64,000 nt of DNA, taken from positions 287 to 64,286 of the forward strand of contig CAZQAE010000016.1 in NCBI GenBank assembly GCA_964591275.1, read 5' to 3'. The notes beneath the pieces were generated by a model that saw nothing but the letters and a program-made list of their open reading frames with translations, was not told where the DNA came from and did not search any database. The position numbers were made by a program, and so were the translations under genes. The stretch is from an uncultured bacterium (GTDB lineage: Bacteria > Lernaellota > Lernaellaia > JACKCT01). The stretch's first letter is position 1. Each line of letters starts with the position of its first letter. Positions 49,056 through 57,309 of this stretch are shown in pieces.

Positions 49056-49406
49056 GATTTAACCCCTTTATAGTGTGCTTTAGACAAAGGCCTGGCGGGA
49101 AATATCGAATGCGCCATTTTCCTTGAAAACAATGCGTATTATGAAAAACCCGCAGGTCAAAAAAAGCTTGCGGCCCACGTATTGATTATCACAAAGCGCA
49201 TGGCCGTTCAAGTAAAAATCAGGAATGATGTAAGCGCTGCTAACAAACAGTACCCATCCATACAACCTGGGGTTGTCATGGCCGATTTCCACCCCTCCCA
49301 AGGTGCGCCTTTTAAAAATTCATCTTTTTCTTGAATCATTTCAGCATTGACACTAGCATTGATGCGCTAAGGCCAATGGATTCCTTGATTTCAAATGAGG
49401 GCTAAT

Positions 49407-50423
49407 ATGAAACTCGAAGAAACCTTCATGCATTTCCTGTTGGAACACCAGGAACGAAATAAAAGATCGCTCAACTTTCTGATCCTCATGGAAAACATCG
49501 TCGCGGCGGCCAAGTACGTGCAGCACTATTATAGGACTGCGGCGCTGCACGGGAACCTGGACCAACTCGACCAGATCAATGTGCAGGGCGAAGTGCAGAT
49601 GCGCCTGGACCTCATGGCTCACGAGATCATGATGCACTATCTGGGCGAGTCCAAGCAGGTGATTGAGGCGGTGAGCGAGGAGGTCACCGAAGAGATTACG
49701 CTCAACGAAAACGGTCGTTACTTCGTATATTTCGATCCGCTGGACGGCTCCAGCAACGTACGCCACAGCCTGCCGGTCGGCATCCTGTTCGGAATCGCCA
49801 AGAGAAATTTCGACGGACCGGAGGATTATCACCTTCGCCGCGGTTGCGAGTTCATCGCTGCGGGCATGTTTCTGATTCCGACGGGTGTTTTTACTTTCGC
49901 CCTCAAGGATGCCGGCGCATGGCGCTTCATTCAGGATCAGTCGAGCATCTATATCAGGCCCACCAAAGTGATGATTCCAAACAATCCTAAAAACTTCGAG
50001 CTTTCCTGGAATTCAGCGAATCGCAAGACCTATTCGAAAAAAGTGCAGAAATGGATTCTCGGCAGCGAGGATGCCTTCAAGTTTCGCTACGCCGGTTCGT
50101 TGGCCATTGACTTTCACAGGCTTCTCGATAACGGGGGCATGTTCATGTATCCGGCCATCGTCAATCATCCCGTCGCCGGCAAGAACCGCCCGCAGGGCAA
50201 ATTGCGCCTCATGTACGAATGCGCCGTAACGGCTCTTATTGCACGGGAAGCCGGCGGAGTCGCCATTGATGAACAGGGGAAAGACATTCTTGGCATCCAA
50301 CCGATCAACAGGCATCAGCGCAGCGCGCTCTACATCGGAAGCAAGGCGATCGTGGAGAATATCCGCGAAACCCTGATAGATAAACCGGCAAAGGAAAAGG
50401 CGAAAAAAAAGGTTGAAGGCTAA
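49407..50423 (+). CDS. fbp: Fructose-1,6-bisphosphatase class 1
   Basis: FDPLDGSSN metal site and GKLRLMYECA motif. Divergent from gap. Confidence 0.85.
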   Translation: MKLEETFMHFLLEHQERNKRSLNFLILMENIVAAAKYVQHYYRTAALHGNLDQLDQINVQGEVQMRLDLMAHEIMMHYLGESKQVIEAVSEEVTEEITLNENGRYFVYFDPLDGSSNVRHSLPVGILFGIAKRNFDGPEDYHLRRGCEFIAAGMFLIPTGVFTFALKDAGAWRFIQDQSSIYIRPTKVMIPNNPKNFELSWNSANRKTYSKKVQKWILGSEDAFKFRYAGSLAIDFHRLLDNGGMFMYPAIVNHPVAGKNRPQGKLRLMYECAVTALIAREAGGVAIDEQGKDILGIQPINRHQRSALYIGSKAIVENIRETLIDKPAKEKAKKKVEG

Positions 50424-50498
50424 AAATCTTCAAGGGCGAAGGCACAAAGCCATAAAGCGCCGCAAGTGCAAGGATGGATGACGCCGCGCTTTTCTGCC

Positions 50499-50528
50499 GC
50501 CCTCAAAAGAGGGCTTCGTATATTGTTA
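50499..50528. repeat. Hairpin plus ACAATAT module (inverted orientation)
   Basis: GCCCTC-AAAA-GAGGGC followed by TTCGTATATTGTTA. Same family as the modules at 51079-51101 and 51143-51165. Confidence 0.5.
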
Positions 50529-50666
50529 TGAATTACTCGTTTCCACGGCGCTTACGCACCGTGCTACAATCTTTCGCCTCTGGCGAGGCTTTCCCTTATT
50601 TTCCGGCCCCACATTGAGGCGTCGGTTTATTGCCCGAGGCGAAAGCGCGATGCCGATAACGTATCC

Positions 50667-50701
50667 CTCATACTTCATACTTCATACTTCATAACTCACC
50701 C
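50667..50701. repeat. Heptamer array (C/T)TCATAC x4-5
   Basis: CTCATAC TTCATAC TTCATAC TTCATAA CTCACCC ends 3 nt before the stop codon of the minus-strand gene 50705-51013. Confidence 0.85.
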
Positions 50702-50704
50702 GAC

Positions 50705-51013
50705 TCATCCCCACCAGGTCGGGGCGAGTTCTTCATCTTCGCAGTAGGCGTTTTCAGCCACGTATTCCGAAGCCACGCTATCAGGATCGTTCACGGCCTC
50801 TTCGGCCATATCACTGCAATCGGAGGAACTTTCGGCGCTGTCAGAGTCAAAAACCGCGCCATCGTCGCCGGCCCAGTAGCAGCATCCCGGATCGCCGCTT
50901 TGCGCGTCATCGCTGTCGTCGTCGTCATCATCGTCATCGCCGCCGCACGACACGGCAACCATACCGCACGCAATAATTATCAGAATGGAAAATATCATAT
51001 ACGTGGTTTTCAT
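50705..51013 (-). CDS. Small acidic Cys-containing lipoprotein with poly-Asp linker
   Basis: Signal peptide with lipobox VSC, GGDDDDDDDDSDD linker, six further Cys. GGAGG RBS upstream. Confidence 0.6.
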   Translation of the reverse strand: MKTTYMIFSILIIIACGMVAVSCGGDDDDDDDDSDDAQSGDPGCCYWAGDDGAVFDSDSAESSSDCSDMAEEAVNDPDSVASEYVAENAYCEDEELAPTWWG

Positions 51014-51070
51014 AATCGGCCTCCTTGATTGGTCGTCAAACGATGATTATGGAATTTTGATCCGATGGCA

Positions 51071-51345
51071 AGATGCGGGCCCGTGAGGGCGCAACAATAT
51101 TTGCCCCTAAGTTACGGGGTTTTCCCCGTAGTTAAGATGCAAGCCCGAAGGGCGAAACAATATTAGCCGGTCGGCGTAAGCCGCCGGTATAGGTGTGATT
51201 TGTTATTCCCATTTGAGCCCGAAGGGCGGCACATGGAATCGAGATTGTGTCGCCCTAAAGGGCTCGAATAAATTAGGGAAAAACGATGTGTACCGGCAGC
51301 TTACGCTGGCCGGCTAATATTGTAACGCCCTTACGGGCTATGAGG
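51071..51345. repeat. Nested palindromic element built of small GC hairpins (REP/MITE-like)
   Basis: Arms 51135-51189 and 51291-51345 are inverted copies. Inner inverted pair at 51215-51233 / 51246-51265. Extra direct module at 51071-51101. Hairpins are GCCC-GTGA-GGGC, CGGC-GTAA-GCCG and TACGGGG-TTTT-CCCCGTA. Confidence 0.8.
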
Positions 51346-51368
51346 CGCCCTGCGTGAATTACTGTCCT

Positions 51369-51402
51369 CATTCCGCATTCCGCATTCGCAATTCCGAATT
51401 CA
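51369..51402. repeat. CATTCCG-type short tandem repeat
   Basis: CATTCCG CATTCCG CATTCG CAATTCCG AATTC ends 8 nt before the stop codon (51411-51413) of the CHAT gene. Confidence 0.8.
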
Positions 51403-51410
51403 CCCTAACC

Positions 51411-54400
51411 CTATTCCCCGGTTTGCACATCACCGGATTCATCGGCTTCTGCTTTCGCTTTCGCGTATTGCTCCATCATCTCACTTAAATTTTCCGCCTG
51501 CTCTTTGCCGACTTCCTTTTCGACAACTTCGCCAAATCTGCTTTCGCCCAGGGCTTCCTTTTGCCTTAAAAGCCAATGAAGATCGATCCTGGCTTGCGGA
51601 ACGCCGATTTCAATGCGAATGGCCAGGCTTTTCAGATTATAGGGTATCGCCTTTTCGACATTCCCATGCTCAGTAAAATGAATACCGATTTGGCTGAAAG
51701 TGGAAGCTGTCCCGCCACGGTTGCCAATTTCCTCTTTGATTTTCAGGGACTTCTTATACCACTCCAGCGCCTCGTCGTAGCTGCCGCGATCCTCCGCGAC
51801 CATCCCCAGTTGGTGGTAGGAGGAGGCCATCCCGCCACGGTTTCCTAATTCCTCTTCAATCGCCAGGGACTTCTTGTACCACTCCAGCGCCTCGTCGTAG
51901 CTGCCGCGATCCTCTGCGACCGTTCCCAGGTTGTGGTAGGTCTTAGCCATGCCACTGCGGTTCCCCAATTCCTCGTCCAGCGCCAAGGACTTCTTGTACC
52001 ACACCAGCGCTTCATCATAGCTGCCGCGATCAAAAGATAAATGTCCCAACTGCCCATAAGAGTTGGCCATTCCACTGCGGTTCCCTAATTCCTCTGCAAT
52101 CGCCAGGGATTTCTTGTACCACTCCAGCGCCTCGTCGTAGCTGCCGCGCATCTGCGCGACAATTCCCAAGTGGTGGTATGATTTGGCCATTCCACTACGG
52201 TCCCCTAATTCCTCGAAAATCGCCAGGGATTTTTTGTACCAGTCCAGCGCCTCGTCGTAGATACCACGTAGATAGGATAAATTCCCTAGTTGCCCATAGG
52301 AATTGGCCATCCCACTGCGGTTCCCCAATTCCTCTTTGATTGCCAGGGACTTCTTGTACCAATCCAGCGCCTCGTCGTAGCTGCCGCGCTCCTGCGCGAC
52401 CGTCCCCAGTTGGTGGTAGGATCTAGCCATTCCGGCGCGGTTTCCTAATTCTTCTTTGATTTCCAGGGACTTTTTGTACCAATCCAGCGCCTCGTCATAT
52501 TTGTCGCTCTGAAAGGATAAATTTCCAAGCTCTCCATACGAGTTGGCCACCCCAGCAAAGTTCCCCAATTCCTCTTTGATTTTCAAGGACTTCTTGTACC
52601 AATCCAGCGCTTCGTCATAGCTGCCGCGATTCTGCGCGATGATCCCTAACTGATGCAGATATTCTGCCTTTTCTTTAGGAAGCTGCTCAAGCCACGACAA
52701 GGTTTCCAAGCAAAGTGATTCTTCTCTTTGCCATGCGCCGCTAGTATCCAAGTGTTTGCAGACGGCGCCAGTAATGGCGAGCGCCGTGTCGGTATCTCCC
52801 CCGGAATGGAGGTGATATCGGGCTTCCATGTATTCTTCCAAATCGTGGCTAAGAACTCTTGCACGCCAGTGCCAATAGCGGCCGGCGCGAAGGTGTGCGG
52901 CTTTGAGATTATCTACAGAAATTTTTGTTTGCAGAGCCTCCGCCGTCCAGCGATGGACGATGTAACTTGGTTCATCGGAAGCGGTGTATTGAACCGGCGA
53001 CAGGAGAGTTAAATTAAGCAGGTGTTCTACGCTGGCATCAAATCCATCCGGCGTTGTTAGGGGCGGTTTCATCAGATCATGGATTTCGGGATGCAATTTT
53101 ATTATTTCTTCAACGCTTAGGCCCAGGTCTGCTTCTTCTTTGTTTTTCGCCGCCTCAATCTGCTTCATAATTTTAGTGAGCTTCTTTTCCCGTTTTTCCT
53201 TTTCGGGTCCTTCTATTTCTCGCCCGACCTGCCAGTCAAGGCCACCTGCATCCACGGGCAGGCGATAGACCGATGCGCCCAGCAAAAGTTCCCGAGCCGG
53301 AGGAACTTCATCGACCCTTTCCAAAAGCTTTTGCAGCAGTACATCGTCGGTCGCCAGCGTAATCGTTTCGGCCAGGGCAGCGTCGAAATTGCCTTTTTTG
53401 TCCGCGCACCATTTGCCGGGATCGTCGATGCCTTTTTTCTCCAACGCTTCGTCCATTTTATCCTGCACATCATTAAAGCGCGCTTTGCCGCCGCGCAGCA
53501 GGGCGTCCAGATATTCCAGCGCTCGCGGATGCCCGCCCACCTTTTCGTAAGCTGTGCGTTTGTCGGCGAAAGGCAGCCCGTCTATGCCCGGTAGGCGCAT
53601 GATGAGCTTGCGCATCTCCGCTATGGATAGGGGGCCCAGATGCAGGTGATCAAGGCGGTTATGCGCCCGCTTGGGCAGATCGAAAGGATAGCGACAAGTG
53701 ATCATCAGTCGGCTTAAGCCTGGGTTGCGCGCCCACATGGAAAGTAGCTCGGCCAGCGATTCATCTTTAACTTTGTGTTTTTTGTCGAGGTTGTCCTCAA
53801 AATTGTCCAGCAGCAGTGCCATGGGAACTTGGGGCAGGACGTTTTCCTGTAAGATTTTGAAACGATCCTGCCACTTGTATTGCTGCGTTTTCAGCAAAAC
53901 AGCTACCTGGCGAAGGGGATGTTTTTCATCAAAGCCATTAACCATGCAGATGGAAAACAAGCGCTCGCCGACAGCTTCAATCACAACCGCCGCGCCCTTG
54001 ATTTCACTGGCCAGGGAAACCACAATCCACTGTTTTTCCACCAGCCGGAAAAGGGCCTTCGTGGCCAGCGTGCTTTTTCCCACGCCGCCTATGCCGTGGA
54101 TCAAAACGCCGGCGTTGTCATTATCCCCCAGCGCCCGCCCGATCCTACGCAGTTCCGTGCGGCGACCCACGAACTCGCCCACGCCCCGCGTGACGACGCC
54201 GTCCACGTACTGCGCTTTAGCAGGCGGATCGATTTTCTCAATTTCGCCATTTGGATTGAATAAAGGCCTGGAAAGTCCCCGGAGGTACAGCGAAGGAGTC
54301 GCCCATTCCGCGAGCGCGCCTATGGCCTTTTTAGCCGACTTTTTCGCGTATTCCTGGTCGATTTCTTGTCTCGTTTTCGAAAAAGCCGCCAGAGGATCGC

Positions 54401-55418
54401 TTTGCTCCATCACCGTGAGCTTACGAAAGAAAACGCCTGCAAATTCTGTGGCGTAGGGGTCCGACACAGAGGCCTGCATGGCGGCTACTGCCGGCGCGCC
54501 GTGCTTAAGAAGTTCGCGGGCCACGGCGGGCAGGACCGTTTCTTCCACTTTACCCTCAAGGGCGGTGGAGCATCCGGCCAGCACAATAAGGGGTACGCCC
54601 CGGTCGGTCGGGATCGCCTCTTTGCAAAAGCGCTCGGCGTCCACCAGATCCGCCCTGCCTTCATCATCTTCCAGGAGCAGGTATCCGGGCGCGCCGTGGC
54701 TGGTGATGTAGAGGACATGGTAGCGTCGGGCTTCAAGAGCTTCGCGGATGTCCTTGACCGTACCGTTTTCCAGGATGTGCACGTAGGCGTCGCCCTTTTG
54801 GCGCGCTTCATCCACGGCATTGAGGATTGTCGATAACTCTCTTTCATAATCCAGCAGCTCGCCCCGCTCGTTGTTTTCCTCCGGGCTGCCCACGGCGACC
54901 AGTATGCGCAGCGGGCGGGGAATTTCCTGGGCGGAAACGGGATCGAGGCCGCCGACAATGCGGTGCAGATATATATTGGGATGCAGGACCAAAGGAGTTC
55001 CGACCATGTCCTTTGCTTCCGGCAGGCGCAGCGTTTCCCACGGCAGATCGTTCAAGTCGTCGTCGACGATTTCCAGCGCAAGGCGGCAGGATACGCCCTG
55101 GCTATCCGCCAGTTTGACCGTTTCATTTAATGCCTCGCCCGCCTCGCCGATGAGAAAACATTGCGTCAATTCCTGGCCGAGGCGGTATAGGATGGAAGAT
55201 TCTGTGGCGGGCGGGGAATTTTTCGCATCGCGAGAAGTCTCTCGCTCTTGTGAGGCTAACTGCGCTCTTTGACCTCGCGCCCTTTCCAGGTCGTAAAGGC
55301 GCATCTCCAGTTCATGGCTCATTCCTTTTGGCTTGTGGCTCGCGCTTTTGTTATCCGCTGTAAATTCGACCTTTTTTAAGCCGATACGAAGGGTGCATTG
55401 GATCGATCCTTCGGCCAT
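51411..55418 (-). CDS. CHAT (caspase-like) protease, STAND/NB-ARC-like P-loop NTPase and TPR repeat protein
   Basis: CHAT dyad candidates are H241 in YITSHGAPG and C283 in VLAGCSTA. Walker A is GIGGVGKST (nt 54069-54095) and Walker B-like is LLLDNFED. Eight near-identical 40-aa TPR units (YDEAL.WYKKSL.I.EELGN) plus one degenerate unit. Confidence 0.8.
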   Translation of the reverse strand: MAEGSIQCTLRIGLKKVEFTADNKSASHKPKGMSHELEMRLYDLERARGQRAQLASQERETSRDAKNSPPATESSILYRLGQELTQCFLIGEAGEALNETVKLADSQGVSCRLALEIVDDDLNDLPWETLRLPEAKDMVGTPLVLHPNIYLHRIVGGLDPVSAQEIPRPLRILVAVGSPEENNERGELLDYERELSTILNAVDEARQKGDAYVHILENGTVKDIREALEARRYHVLYITSHGAPGYLLLEDDEGRADLVDAERFCKEAIPTDRGVPLIVLAGCSTALEGKVEETVLPAVARELLKHGAPAVAAMQASVSDPYATEFAGVFFRKLTVMEQSDPLAAFSKTRQEIDQEYAKKSAKKAIGALAEWATPSLYLRGLSRPLFNPNGEIEKIDPPAKAQYVDGVVTRGVGEFVGRRTELRRIGRALGDNDNAGVLIHGIGGVGKSTLATKALFRLVEKQWIVVSLASEIKGAAVVIEAVGERLFSICMVNGFDEKHPLRQVAVLLKTQQYKWQDRFKILQENVLPQVPMALLLDNFEDNLDKKHKVKDESLAELLSMWARNPGLSRLMITCRYPFDLPKRAHNRLDHLHLGPLSIAEMRKLIMRLPGIDGLPFADKRTAYEKVGGHPRALEYLDALLRGGKARFNDVQDKMDEALEKKGIDDPGKWCADKKGNFDAALAETITLATDDVLLQKLLERVDEVPPARELLLGASVYRLPVDAGGLDWQVGREIEGPEKEKREKKLTKIMKQIEAAKNKEEADLGLSVEEIIKLHPEIHDLMKPPLTTPDGFDASVEHLLNLTLLSPVQYTASDEPSYIVHRWTAEALQTKISVDNLKAAHLRAGRYWHWRARVLSHDLEEYMEARYHLHSGGDTDTALAITGAVCKHLDTSGAWQREESLCLETLSWLEQLPKEKAEYLHQLGIIAQNRGSYDEALDWYKKSLKIKEELGNFAGVANSYGELGNLSFQSDKYDEALDWYKKSLEIKEELGNRAGMARSYHQLGTVAQERGSYDEALDWYKKSLAIKEELGNRSGMANSYGQLGNLSYLRGIYDEALDWYKKSLAIFEELGDRSGMAKSYHHLGIVAQMRGSYDEALEWYKKSLAIAEELGNRSGMANSYGQLGHLSFDRGSYDEALVWYKKSLALDEELGNRSGMAKTYHNLGTVAEDRGSYDEALEWYKKSLAIEEELGNRGGMASSYHQLGMVAEDRGSYDEALEWYKKSLKIKEEIGNRGGTASTFSQIGIHFTEHGNVEKAIPYNLKSLAIRIEIGVPQARIDLHWLLRQKEALGESRFGEVVEKEVGKEQAENLSEMMEQYAKAKAEADESGDVQTGE

Positions 55419-55513
55419 AATATTTTCCTGCCTTGCAATTTATTTTTTCTACATCCCCTACACTACTGGCCCATCGCCGTGGCCGTCAACCGATTGCCCC
55501 GCGCAAGGTGTGC

Positions 55514-55860
55514 GTCACAAAAGTGGGTTTGATAAAAATCCCTTGAAAAACACCGAGGAATTTATAGTACATCATTGCAAAGTCTTTTGCCCGGCAGGGC
55601 AAAGCAGCAATAGCCCACAGCGTAAGCTGTGGGAAAACGGAATATCTTAAGACAAATATAGCCCATGAAATGGGCGAAGGAATTGTTTTAAGACTCGTTA
55701 TTGTGTGTCACCCATTTCATGGGCTAAAATTATTTTGCGGCCCCTAATTCCCACAGCTTGCGCTGTGGGCTATTTCTGCATCGCCTGTTTCACAAGCTGA
55801 TAATTGAGGTTAGTATTTGGTTTGAGAATTTGACGAAAATGAAAAACCCACTTCTGTGAC
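55514..55860. repeat. 347-bp three-layer nested palindrome (MITE/REP-like)
   Basis: Outer arms are GTCACAAAAGTGGGTTT (55514-55530) / AAACCCACTTCTGTGAC (55844-55860). Middle arms are AATAGCCCACAGCGTAAGCTGTGGG (55609-55633) / CCCACAGCTTGCGCTGTGGGCTATT (55750-55774). Inner arms are GCCCATGAAATGGGC (55661-55675) / CACCCATTTCATGGGC (55709-55724). Confidence 0.8.
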
Positions 55861-56013
55861 ATATACCCCCCGCGCGCGCAGCCCGGCCTTGTCTGTTTGC
55901 CTTTGGTGGTATATGCATTTTCAGTTATTGCGCTATGGTAAAAAACTATAGCGAATAAGCCCTGGCGTTATTTGTTATTTTTAAAAGTTGTTTTTTGTTA
56001 GAAAAAGGATTTC

Positions 56014-57309
56014 ATGGGAAACGAAGACAGCATAGCGGTCGGCAGCGTCGCCGCCTCGGACGAGCCGTGGAGGCGACGTCCGGAGCTCGACTACCTGCGC
56101 GGCCTTTTCATGATCGCCATGGTGATCTACCACAATTTTCGCATCATCTGGTCGCCGGATGATTATCCGCAACTCATCTCCATCGGCATTTTGGAATTGG
56201 CCACGGGCATCTATCTGGCCGTCTCCGGCGCCAACGTCATCAATTTTCTCGCCAAAGCCCGCGCCAAGCCCAACTTCGACGCCATGCGCTTTTACGTCAA
56301 AGCCTCCTTCTGGCTTTTTGTCATGGGTTTTTCCTACAATCTGATCGTCGGAACGCCGGGAGTGATGGACCTCATTCAGTGCGTGGCCATCGGGACTTTC
56401 GTGAGTTTTCTGCTGCTTTACGCGCGCGTGAGAAACAGCTTGGTCGGCCTTATAACGCTCGCCTTTTTTGCGACCGGCGCCTTGGTCCACAGCTCGACGA
56501 TTGAGATTTTCCCCGCGGTTCAAAGTTCATTTTTCTACAACCAACTCATCGGCAACGGCGTCGTGCTCAGTCAATGGATCAAGGGGGTGCATCCATTCCC
56601 GTACATGTTCAATCACTACGGCCCGATCCCCTGGATCGGCTATTTCACGCTGGGCGTATTCCTGGACCGCCTTCGCGGCAAATGGATGTGGGCGGCGCTG
56701 GCGGGGTCATTTCTCATCGCGGCGCTGGGTGCATATCTCCCTTATCTGGAAGCTGATGGAAACATTATGCAGGCCTACAGGGTCAATCCGCGTTTCATGC
56801 TCCAATCCGTGGGAATGATCTCCGCGCTTTATCTTTTGGCCAAGCTTTTTTACCGGGGAAAAACGACCTGCAATCAAAAGGTCGCTTTCTGGTCGCATAC
56901 CTCGCTCATCGTTTTCGTTTTTCACTGGTTTTTCATCATCGCCGCCGGATTCATCGTCCAAATGATCGCCCAGGTCACGGATTGGCCTCTTTTTCACGAC
57001 TGGTTCCGCTATCCCAGGGCGCTTATCGCGTTTACAGGCATTGCGCTGGCTCTTAGGCCGCTGGAAAATCTGCGCCTTCGCTGGTCGAAGTCGCCTCACT
57101 TTGAATCCCGTGGCCGCAAGATTATGATCGCCGGTTTTGTTCTGGCCATTTTATCTCTTCCCTTTTCTCTGTCGGCAAAGGGCGCGCCGTGCGTGGCGAT
57201 TTTTGTCGGGGTGATCGGCTATATCGGGTGCATGATGTCGGCTTACTCCTTTGCTTTTCTATACGGATTTCTGCGCGCCAAGTGGAGTAAGGAGGCGACC
57301 CGCTCATGA
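56014..57309 (+). CDS. DUF1624 / acyltransferase-like polytopic membrane protein
   Basis: RRRPELDYLRGLFMIAMVIYH N-terminal motif and more than 10 TM segments. Confidence 0.45.
   Translation: MGNEDSIAVGSVAASDEPWRRRPELDYLRGLFMIAMVIYHNFRIIWSPDDYPQLISIGILELATGIYLAVSGANVINFLAKARAKPNFDAMRFYVKASFWLFVMGFSYNLIVGTPGVMDLIQCVAIGTFVSFLLLYARVRNSLVGLITLAFFATGALVHSSTIEIFPAVQSSFFYNQLIGNGVVLSQWIKGVHPFPYMFNHYGPIPWIGYFTLGVFLDRLRGKWMWAALAGSFLIAALGAYLPYLEADGNIMQAYRVNPRFMLQSVGMISALYLLAKLFYRGKTTCNQKVAFWSHTSLIVFVFHWFFIIAAGFIVQMIAQVTDWPLFHDWFRYPRALIAFTGIALALRPLENLRLRWSKSPHFESRGRKIMIAGFVLAILSLPFSLSAKGAPCVAIFVGVIGYIGCMMSAYSFAFLYGFLRAKWSKEATRS

Noticed and set aside
45782-49073. Long plus-strand ORFs (45782-46855, 47357-48118, 48141-49073) across the tpiA-pgk-gap region
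   Set aside because: All are antisense to canonical glycolytic genes with complete active-site motifs, and are Arg/Gly/His-rich shadow frames.
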